Below, piece by piece: positions 16,904 through 24,291 of a DNA stretch of 24,291 nucleotides. The position numbers were made by a program, and so were the translations under genes. Each line of letters starts with the position of its first letter. Within the stretch, counting starts at the first letter, position 1. The stretch covers positions 1 through 24,291 of IMG/VR virus record IMGVR_UViG_3300008216_002947; one strand, written 5' to 3'. Below the pieces are notes generated by a model that ran no database searches, was not told the DNA's origin, and saw nothing but the letters and a program-made list of their open reading frames with translations. Source of the stretch: a virus (taxonomy: Duplodnaviria; Caudoviricetes).

Positions 16904-16917
16904 AAAGGAGACGGGAA

Positions 16918-17475
16918 ATGCATGCACCGCGGAATAGGATTAAGAGGTTTTTCACAGATACCGTCAATGATGCCCTGCGAAAAGACGAGAACCTTGAATT
17001 TGTAGCCAATGAACTTGAAAAACGTATTGGGACAAGGGCCTTTAAAATGGACCTCGAACCGCTGCCCTTCACGGCAGGCATTTCTCCTGAAGGTATCACC
17101 GGAGATTATATTCGTGAACTGCGCTGCTGTCTCGGTATCACGAAGAAAAAGATGGCTTGGCTTCTAAAGATCAGCCCTGACATTCTGGCCCGGGTCGAAC
17201 GAGGTCAGTATATCCTTGACCCCCGGCCTGCTTTGGAGTGCTGCAAAATCGGCGAAAAGTTCGCCATTGATGGAACTGTTCCACAGATCAAAGAACCGCC
17301 CCGGAAGTTTTCAGGGGGTGGTGAGCCGGTGGGTGGTCGTAAGAGGCGCCGAACCGTTTCAGTGAAAGACGCATTAAAGGAGCCTGGTTTTGCTGCCAGA
17401 GAGTTCGGCATTGGAATGGCAATCGGTGGCGGGATTCTTTTTGGAGTCCTGAGTCTCTTCCTTGCTATCTTCTAA
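16918..17475 (+). CDS. Cro/CI(Xre)-type HTH protein with C-terminal hydrophobic helix (185 aa)
   Basis: GDYIRELRCCLGITKKKMAWLLKISPDILARVERG is an HTH_3-like pattern; the terminal FGIGMAIGGGILFGVLSLFLAIF is TM-like; RBS AAAAAGGAG. Confidence 0.75.
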   Translation: MHAPRNRIKRFFTDTVNDALRKDENLEFVANELEKRIGTRAFKMDLEPLPFTAGISPEGITGDYIRELRCCLGITKKKMAWLLKISPDILARVERGQYILDPRPALECCKIGEKFAIDGTVPQIKEPPRKFSGGGEPVGGRKRRRTVSVKDALKEPGFAAREFGIGMAIGGGILFGVLSLFLAIF

Positions 17476-17968
17476 GGGCGACCTATTTGGCCCGTCCCTT
17501 ATGGAGGCCCGCACCGCACTCTTCTCAGGTCTGGGCGTGAGTAAGAGTGCGGTGCATTGCCCGTGTTGTGACCAGCACGTCCAGCAGTACAGAAGGCGGC
17601 TGTATAAAGGGCTTGCCGAGATGCTTGTGTGGATGTGTCGCACCTACTCACCGGAGACGGGGTGGATAGATGTCCCTCGGCAAGCCCCGCCAGGCATGGT
17701 CAGGGGCGGTGATTACGCCAAGTTGGAATGGTGGGGCCTTATTAAGCACAAGGTCCACGACAATGACCCGGCTCGCAAAGATTCGGGCCTGTGGATACCG
17801 TCAGAGCTTGGGCTGGAGTTTTGCTTCCATACGTGGCGTCGCATTCAGTCCCACGTTTTGATTTACAATAACGAGCTGCGCGGATTCGCCGGGGAACCTA
17901 TTAATATCATTGAAGCCCTCGGCGGTGACGGCTTTCATTATCAGAGGCTAATGGCTGGGGAGTGGTAG
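17462..17968 (+). CDS. Hypothetical phage protein with CPCC motif and probable winged helix (168 aa)
   Basis: HCPCCDQ..YRRRL and YAKLEWWGLI...SGLWIPSELGLEF resemble a wHTH recognition helix and wing. The start is uncertain (TTG 17462 or ATG 17501). It converges on the minus-strand gene with a 1-nt gap. Confidence 0.7.
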   Translation: MLSSKGDLFGPSLMEARTALFSGLGVSKSAVHCPCCDQHVQQYRRRLYKGLAEMLVWMCRTYSPETGWIDVPRQAPPGMVRGGDYAKLEWWGLIKHKVHDNDPARKDSGLWIPSELGLEFCFHTWRRIQSHVLIYNNELRGFAGEPINIIEALGGDGFHYQRLMAGEW

Positions 17969-17969
17969 G

Positions 17970-18323
17970 TCAGGTCAGAACGGCCAAATCCTTCGTCCAT
18001 CGCCGAGCATCGTTGTCCCAGCTTTCCCGTATATGACGCACCACGGCATCGGCACACTGGGCCACGGTCTTATACCTGTCAGTGTCATAGATGGGGCCGC
18101 GGTCCCCCATCTGTGGGGGGAGGGTGTCTGTGACGTGAAACTCCAGGAAGTCACGGGGGATCACTGCTTCACCCTGCATCCGTGCCATAACATCCCGTGC
18201 ATGGCCCCCACTTGCAACCGGGGAAGTGAATGCAACGGTCATGTTTGCCCCATCATCCACCCACACCCCCACCGGCCTATAATGCTCCTGCGGCCCATAC
18301 GTCCATTCAATCATAAACCTCAT
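17970..18323 (-). CDS. Hypothetical protein, candidate immunity/partner protein 2 (117 aa)
   Basis: ATGA overlap with the upstream gene; second small gene after the MuF-effector fusion. The function is inferred from position only. Confidence 0.7.
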   Translation of the reverse strand: MRFMIEWTYGPQEHYRPVGVWVDDGANMTVAFTSPVASGGHARDVMARMQGEAVIPRDFLEFHVTDTLPPQMGDRGPIYDTDRYKTVAQCADAVVRHIRESWDNDARRWTKDLAVLT

Positions 18324-18805
18324 GGGTCCACCGTTTCAGGCAATTCGTCTTCTTCTTCTTCCTCGTTCATCTCCGGTGGAGTCCACCCGGTGGCCATAAA
18401 TTTCCACTCTTCCAGCAGGTAAGCATCCACTCCTGACGTGTCTCCTGCCTTCCTACGCCATGCTTTGATTCTGGCCTGCTCCCTCTCAGTGGCTGGGGTG
18501 AGGCGCCACTGGTGAACGTCGTTGTAACTGGTCATTGTCAGAATATCCCCATCTGTTGACCATTCAGCCCCATGAATCATTTTAACTGAAGCCTCATCCT
18601 CCTCATATCCCAGGTGCTTGCACAGCAGATAAGGCACGACGCCGGTGATTTTCCCATCATGGTCATACAGCGGTTGGACCCTCACGACCACCACCTCAAC
18701 CAATAGCGCATACGGCTCGCCATCCAAGTCAAGGAATACCCCCTGCTTAAACGGCTTAAGAAGGGGCAGAATCACATCCCGGGTCAGCTTCTCCACGTCC
18801 GTCAC
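18320..18805 (-). CDS. Hypothetical acidic protein, candidate immunity protein 1 (161 aa)
   Basis: GTGA overlap with the MuF stop, GAGGAGG RBS, acidic tail EEEEEDELPE. The function is inferred from position only. Confidence 0.75.
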   Translation of the reverse strand: MTDVEKLTRDVILPLLKPFKQGVFLDLDGEPYALLVEVVVVRVQPLYDHDGKITGVVPYLLCKHLGYEEDEASVKMIHGAEWSTDGDILTMTSYNDVHQWRLTPATEREQARIKAWRRKAGDTSGVDAYLLEEWKFMATGWTPPEMNEEEEEDELPETVDP

Positions 18806-21800
18806 TTAACGACCTCCTCGATTGCACGACCATCTGGCAAAACATCCCACCCAGCGTCTTTATATGCTTTTATCACCTCTCGGCGCTCTGTGCTTGTCTT
18901 CGTTAAAATTACGTCAATGTCATCAATAAGGGACATCGACGTCTTAAAATCAGTTTCGTCATCGTCTCTTTTTCTGGCAATAGTGTCCCAATTACTCGGA
19001 GTTGGCTTACGGTTTTTAGTCTGAAAATCATTCCGTGTATCACCCCAAGCGTCGCCTTTATAAATGGCAGCATCCATTCGCCGAAGGTTTTTGCCCTTAA
19101 AGTAGAGCTGCCCCTTTCGCATCCCAGTCTTATGCCGCAGGCGGGTATAAAAGTAAACAGCACCTCCTTTTTGCATATCACCCCCAGGAGACATTCCACT
19201 AACTGGAATGCCGATCCTCATTTTTTCATTCGTCGAGGCCATGACACCGTTGTTCTGTAAATACTTACTGATGGATGCCGCCATGTCACCACCAGTATAT
19301 AAGCTATGCTGCAAGGTAAATCGGTCAGTGTCAGCATCGTCAAGGTCGAATCGATAAAAGGACCTGTAGCCTGCGCTTTTGGTGTAGTCAGGGCCCGGGG
19401 TGGACCTCTTTCCAAAGAAAGACGATTGAAATTCACCAGTGGGGTTGTAGTCTGGTAAATCTTGCAATTCAGTGACCCCTGCCGCCTTCATTTTGTCCTT
19501 GATCTTCTTTTTCTTTGACCAGTGCTTACGCATTGCAGCAATGCGCTCGCTCTGGCTTGCCCCCCTTGTGTTCAGGTCTTCAATCATAGAAATATATGAC
19601 GGCGTAATGTGTTCCTTGGTGCAGTATGCCTGCTTTTTTAAATACATGAGCTCAAAGTCATCCGGGGTGGCAACCTTCGTGTCCAGGCCCATTATTTTGA
19701 TTTTCTCAAGTATTTGATCCATTGTGCCGGCCCCCATGTCACCATTGACTGTCCCCTCAATGATTCCCTGCTGTGCCCTCCATCCGTCGTTATTTCCGTC
19801 ATACGGCCTATATCTGATGCGCGTCCCATCGTCAAATGTTATTTCATATTGGACGGTATCAGTATCGTAAAAGTTATTGTGCATGGAACTCCCACGAGCG
19901 CGGTCGTTATTAACGGTGAGGCCTCCATCGCCCCCCGGCGTCCTTTTCGTAAAATGGATTGTCTCACGGCGGACGGTAAAGCCAGCCGTCGGCGAGGGGG
20001 CTGCTGCTGCGGGCACGCTTCCCGGTGGGGGGTTCTGGCGTAGATAAGGCCCATACATCTTCCCAGAAAGATGCGGTGCTGGGTCCGTGACCCCCTCGGG
20101 GAAGGTTTTAAGGGCTGTTTTGGACAACACCCCTTCATTCACGTCATCCATCACCTTCATATAAGCCTTTGCCATTTTAGCCACTTCGGGGTCAGCATGG
20201 GTTGCCAGAAGGTTTAAGCTCGGCCTTTCAACATTCATGGCATTAAGCGTTGACTCATTAAAGTCAAAATCACCCGACTTGACGTGCATATTAAGGGTTT
20301 TAACTGCGGCCTCAATTTTCGGAAAAAACGTATCTTGGGCCATTGGTGTCCCCACCCTCTCACCCCCCACTGGGGTTGGCAGACCCCCTTCGATGTTTTG
20401 CTTGTTAATCCATTCCATGACCTTCTCACCCCCGGAATGCCTGACCTTAAGGTCGAGGTTGGCCCGGTCATGTCCTACGCCGGCGCTGTCAGTCATATGG
20501 TCGGCGTAATAAACTGCCCGGAGGTCTTCAATGTCTTCCCCATCAAGGTCTATGGCCTTCCCCTGCCACCCATGCTCCTCAGCTTCTTCGGCTACTTCGC
20601 GAAAGGCTTGCGGGAGAACCCCTTCAACGTCCACCGCCGGTGCTGCTTTCTGCCCAAACGTAAAAGTCTCATCCTTCAGGGCCCGCCGGTAATACCCCTC
20701 AAAGTCGGCCCGCAGCGCATTTTTCCGCGCCACGGCCAGATCAATGAATTCCACCCGCTGGGCCCTGGTGCGAAAGCGGTTTTGAGCATATCCTTCGAGC
20801 ATGTCCCGGTACTTAGTTTCAGGGATCGCCTCGAATTGCTCGATTGCCTTTAAGGTGACCACCGGGTCATAAAAATCAAGCTCTATATCCCCATCCCGAA
20901 GCGCCTTCATGGCCGTATTGTAAATCGGCTCAGATTCACCGAATGCACTATTCGGGTGATAATCAAAATCGAGTTTATCGTCACCCAGGAACTTGAATGC
21001 CTGCCCCTTGTCAATGCCGACAATGCGGCCATCTGGGAAAGTGATCAGCTGACCGGGGTGCCCGTCATGGTTGCTGATTAGCCAATCCAGAACATGCTCT
21101 TTCTGAATGGTCTCCAGCTGGGATGGGGTTAGCCCAGTGATCGGCTTATTTCTCAGGTTACCATCAGACCCCTCAATCCACCGCTGAATGCTGCCCCGGC
21201 GGCCATCGGACAGCTCCACAAAGCGAGCCTCAGCTGCAACGGGGTCCACGAGTCGTTGCAGCTTATAGGCAAACTCGTCCACCATCCCCCTATAAGTCGC
21301 TTCCTTTTTCGTTGCGTGGGGAAACGGCTTAAACATCCATTTGTCACCGCTTGGGTCAAGCCAGAATTCCTTAGAATGGGCCCCCCCGATATTGGCAACT
21401 TCTTTGAAGGTGAAGTGGTCGGCTGGATCTATGCCCTCCCATGCCTGGTCCACCTTTTTCCATTCGTCCAAGTGAGCCGTTGGTGAGGGCGGCGGAGCGG
21501 GTGCCTGGACTATAGCCGGGGAGGGCGGCCCCAGCTGGTCCTTGACGGTTTCTGAGGCTTGTTTAGCCTTGGCGCTCGCCTTCCCGACGAGCTTGCCGTC
21601 TTTGTATTTCTGGAGGATTTCGGCGGAATCAACAGGGGTGATCTTCTTCGAGGTGACCAGCTTCTCATATTCGAGGTGGAACGCCATCGCCTCGGGTGAA
21701 ACCAGGGCGGCGGCCTCATCCTCGGCGGCCTTAATCGCTTTCGCAACATCAGACGGCCCCCAGGAAGCCTTGTCAAAGACCGTTTCGTGTATGCCCCCTG

Positions 21801-23904
21801 GGCCCAGGGCGAGGTCTTTGGCTTTCTTCTTCGTCTTCTTCAATGCGGCCGCGGTCAGCTTTCCCTCGCTGATCGAATTAAGAAGGGCGGTATATTCCTC
21901 AATCTTTCCAACATTGGAGCTTGCCTTGCCCACATCAATCGCATCTTTAACTGCCTCGGAGACCCCCACCTTGTCTAATCCGAAGGCCATTGAATCAAGG
22001 TGAACGCCTTCGTCCCCCGCCTTAACGGCTTTTCTAATAAAGCCCTGAACATCAGGATTATTAGGGTCAGAACCCTCAATTTTTAAGATGAGCGCGTCAA
22101 AGTCGGTTTTTTTGCCGATTGCTTGGATCTGCCAGGAGTAGCCAAGGACTTGATCCTCATAAGGCTTCATCTGTAGGTCATTAAAGAGATTTGAGTGAAG
22201 CATTTCACTCCAAGCCGCCTTTGCTTCAGAGTGCACGTCCTCCAATGACTTAATGCCATCTTGAACCTTGGTGTAATCTGCGGCTTCCTGGAACTTGAGA
22301 ATTAGGGGGGTCTGCTTTTCTCCAATGGCTGCTGAAATCCTCTGCTCATATTGCTGCCCCCAGGTTGCCTTTATATTTAGGTCGGGGGACAGGGCTTGAG
22401 CTTCATCAAGAAGGGGCTTCAGCTTCGGATCAAATTCTATCTCTGCATGGACCCCTTGCCCCCATTCCTCCACCTGCTTTTTTGCCGCTGCTGGTATCTT
22501 AAGCTCAATGTCTTGGCTGACAATCTTGAACTTTGCACCGTTGATTCCATCGGTAACCAGCTTTTCCTTGACACCAAACTCATCAGCTGCTGCCACTGCC
22601 TTATACAGTAAAAGGTCTTCATCAAGCAGCTTTTCAAGGGGTTTCAGCGCCTGCTTCGCTTCCCAGATCGCCGGCGCAAGGCTTGCCTTTTCACCCCCTG
22701 GGAGCTTCAAGTCTGAGGCTTTGTGAAACTTAAGGGGGTCAATCTCCGACACCATGCTGAGAGTGCTGTCGATCTTCTGCCCGAGCTTGAGCTTCTTTCT
22801 CAGCGCCTCAAGGGCGGCCTTGGCGGCCGTATCAGCGGCCAGATCCTTCGCAGCAGCGATTGCCGCCTGTTGCAGGGCTTCCTGTGCGGCCTTAGTGGTT
22901 GCCCGGCTAACGGCGGCCTTAGAGGGTTTAAGGGGAACCCCTGTAAGAGTGGTCTTTGCCAGCCCGGCCCCTTGCAGCTGGGCCTCGGGGACATCGTCGA
23001 ACCACTCGGGGCGCCCGGCTATTAAGACGCTGCGACAGAGATGGAACGGACTGAGCCGCGGCGGGCGGCCATATTTGGAATTGTCCCACTGCTCCAGGGA
23101 CATCGCTTTCTGGGTGGAGGCCGATTCACAGATCCTTGTCGAGCGGGAATCCTGGGGGTTGCTGTTCCTAAAAACGGCCTCATCGCCAAGGGTTTCCTCG
23201 GCCAGGGCCTCATGGGTGCGGTTGATTATGCGGGTCGACTCGATGCGGGCAATGGCCTGGGCCCGCTGTCGGATCGAGCGGTGAATGGTCTTCCCGCTCA
23301 TCGACTTAATGGTAAGCGGCTTTATGCGGCCCCCTTGGATTAGCCTCGACTTCAGGCTATCGACGTTCGGGTCGTAGTGATCCACGGGAATTCCTTCAAC
23401 GACCGAGTCGAGCATGGTCTGCCGAAACCACGTCCCGACGTCATCGCCCACCGTGTTCATCACCTGATAACCCTGCTTGAACCCGACGGTTAGAACGCCC
23501 TTTTCGGCGATGGAGATGTTATCGAAGGCGCTTTTAACCAGCTCGGGCGACAGATCGCCGACGTCGAGGTTCACTGAGGCCAAGCGGCGCCCGGCTTTGT
23601 GCATCAGCGGGACAGTCTTTTCCGACCACGCCTTGCCCGGGCCCACGAGCACGCTGTCGATCTGGGGCTTTACAGTGTCACGGTAATAAGCCCCCGCGGC
23701 TTCAAGGTTCGCGGGGATGTTTTGTATCTTCCCATCAGCATCAGTGAGCAGCGCCTGAAACAGCTTCTCCTGCTTCGCCAGCTCGACCTCTGCAGCGCCG
23801 AAAATGCCCTGTAGCTCCACGGCAGCAGCCCCCACGACCTCCTTTTCGAGGGTGTCTCGAAGCTGGTGCATTTCCGCGATCATTGTGGGTATAGTGAGCG
23901 GCAT
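18802..23904 (-). CDS. MuF/SPP1-gp7-like head morphogenesis protein fused to a PI3K/HipA-like kinase and a putative ADP-ribosyltransferase domain (1700 aa)
   Basis: aa 1-300: RAQAIARIES...DSRSTRIC...PPRLSPFHLCRS (MuF). aa 840-970: GGAHS, WMFKP, DEFAYKL, GSIQRWI, LDWLISNHDGHPGQ, IDKGQAF (atypical kinase). aa 1530-1700: QHSL..YLQNNGVMAS, GGAVYFYTR, DETDFK (ART-like). Confidence 0.85.
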   Translation of the reverse strand: MPLTIPTMIAEMHQLRDTLEKEVVGAAAVELQGIFGAAEVELAKQEKLFQALLTDADGKIQNIPANLEAAGAYYRDTVKPQIDSVLVGPGKAWSEKTVPLMHKAGRRLASVNLDVGDLSPELVKSAFDNISIAEKGVLTVGFKQGYQVMNTVGDDVGTWFRQTMLDSVVEGIPVDHYDPNVDSLKSRLIQGGRIKPLTIKSMSGKTIHRSIRQRAQAIARIESTRIINRTHEALAEETLGDEAVFRNSNPQDSRSTRICESASTQKAMSLEQWDNSKYGRPPRLSPFHLCRSVLIAGRPEWFDDVPEAQLQGAGLAKTTLTGVPLKPSKAAVSRATTKAAQEALQQAAIAAAKDLAADTAAKAALEALRKKLKLGQKIDSTLSMVSEIDPLKFHKASDLKLPGGEKASLAPAIWEAKQALKPLEKLLDEDLLLYKAVAAADEFGVKEKLVTDGINGAKFKIVSQDIELKIPAAAKKQVEEWGQGVHAEIEFDPKLKPLLDEAQALSPDLNIKATWGQQYEQRISAAIGEKQTPLILKFQEAADYTKVQDGIKSLEDVHSEAKAAWSEMLHSNLFNDLQMKPYEDQVLGYSWQIQAIGKKTDFDALILKIEGSDPNNPDVQGFIRKAVKAGDEGVHLDSMAFGLDKVGVSEAVKDAIDVGKASSNVGKIEEYTALLNSISEGKLTAAALKKTKKKAKDLALGPGGIHETVFDKASWGPSDVAKAIKAAEDEAAALVSPEAMAFHLEYEKLVTSKKITPVDSAEILQKYKDGKLVGKASAKAKQASETVKDQLGPPSPAIVQAPAPPPSPTAHLDEWKKVDQAWEGIDPADHFTFKEVANIGGAHSKEFWLDPSGDKWMFKPFPHATKKEATYRGMVDEFAYKLQRLVDPVAAEARFVELSDGRRGSIQRWIEGSDGNLRNKPITGLTPSQLETIQKEHVLDWLISNHDGHPGQLITFPDGRIVGIDKGQAFKFLGDDKLDFDYHPNSAFGESEPIYNTAMKALRDGDIELDFYDPVVTLKAIEQFEAIPETKYRDMLEGYAQNRFRTRAQRVEFIDLAVARKNALRADFEGYYRRALKDETFTFGQKAAPAVDVEGVLPQAFREVAEEAEEHGWQGKAIDLDGEDIEDLRAVYYADHMTDSAGVGHDRANLDLKVRHSGGEKVMEWINKQNIEGGLPTPVGGERVGTPMAQDTFFPKIEAAVKTLNMHVKSGDFDFNESTLNAMNVERPSLNLLATHADPEVAKMAKAYMKVMDDVNEGVLSKTALKTFPEGVTDPAPHLSGKMYGPYLRQNPPPGSVPAAAAPSPTAGFTVRRETIHFTKRTPGGDGGLTVNNDRARGSSMHNNFYDTDTVQYEITFDDGTRIRYRPYDGNNDGWRAQQGIIEGTVNGDMGAGTMDQILEKIKIMGLDTKVATPDDFELMYLKKQAYCTKEHITPSYISMIEDLNTRGASQSERIAAMRKHWSKKKKIKDKMKAAGVTELQDLPDYNPTGEFQSSFFGKRSTPGPDYTKSAGYRSFYRFDLDDADTDRFTLQHSLYTGGDMAASISKYLQNNGVMASTNEKMRIGIPVSGMSPGGDMQKGGAVYFYTRLRHKTGMRKGQLYFKGKNLRRMDAAIYKGDAWGDTRNDFQTKNRKPTPSNWDTIARKRDDDETDFKTSMSLIDDIDVILTKTSTERREVIKAYKDAGWDVLPDGRAIEEVVK

Positions 23905-23907
23905 TTA

Positions 23908-24291
23908 TTAATTCTCTGACGGGTCCCTTGGGACCAGTAATTCATCGGGAATGAGTTGATCCATCCTCTGTTGTGGGATTTCTATGTGCAGCGAAGGCAG
24001 TGCTTCGTTCATCACATCGCGGGTCGAATGAAACAGCCGCCCCCCGTTAAGGCGGCGGTAGACGTAGAAGGTCGTTTTCCAGACGCCGATTCTGACAATC
24101 CTTGCGGGGCTGCCCTCTAATATTACAATTTCATCGACGACGTAGGTGCCGCTGCGCAGTACCATAATCGAGGTGACGAACGACTTGATCGTCTCCTTAA
24201 AAACGATTATCCCGACAAAAAGGCAGACCAGCCACCAAAATTCGCCGAGAATCACCATCACCTCCTCGGCCAGCGGGGAGGTGATTTTATC
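23908..24291 (-). CDS. MscS-like small membrane protein (TM helix + beta domain); N-terminus may lie outside the window
   Basis: FKETIKSFVTSIMVLRSGTYVVDEIVILEGSPARIVRIGVWKTTF parallels the MscS TM3/beta-domain consensus. The frame stays open from the track's GTG (24261) to the window edge. Confidence 0.65.
   Translation of the reverse strand, partial: DKITSPLAEEVMVILGEFWWLVCLFVGIIVFKETIKSFVTSIMVLRSGTYVVDEIVILEGSPARIVRIGVWKTTFYVYRRLNGGRLFHSTRDVMNEALPSLHIEIPQQRMDQLIPDELLVPRDPSEN

Noticed and set aside
1-24291. Integrase/att sites, terminase, portal, lysis genes, tRNAs and host assignment
   Set aside because: None were recognised in the window, so lifestyle and host cannot be determined; sigma70-like promoters and SD motifs only indicate a bacterial host.

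Overview
This window is the virion-morphogenesis region of a tailed dsDNA phage or prophage, probably siphovirus-like because no sheath gene is present. It is encoded almost entirely on the minus strand. Reading right to left: an MscS-like membrane ORF, a 1700-aa MuF/SPP1-gp7-type head protein, two small translationally coupled ORFs, an inverted (+ strand) island of five small genes behind duplicated sigma70-type promoter cassettes, scaffolding protein, P22-coat-like major capsid, a small AT-hook protein, head-tail adaptor, Mu-G-like neck/tail completion protein, tail terminator, tail tube, tail assembly chaperone with a GGGAAAC -1 frameshift, tape measure, distal tail, hub/tail tip, a small ORF, and a GNVGIGT-repeat tail fibre. 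The fibre runs off the left edge and is missing from the ORF track. Most notable: (1) the MuF protein appears to carry two enzymatic effector domains in tandem, a PI3K/HipA-like kinase and a C-terminal ADP-ribosyltransferase-like domain, followed by two candidate immunity genes; (2) a recurring RNA hairpin with an invariant CGGGG loop and variable stems sits in tandem pairs before the scaffold and capsid genes; (3) a promoter/operator/stem-loop/RBS cassette is duplicated in the inverted island; (4) the capsid insertion domain appears to be copied into the head-tail adaptor. All protein calls come from motif recognition and gene order by eye; no searches were run.
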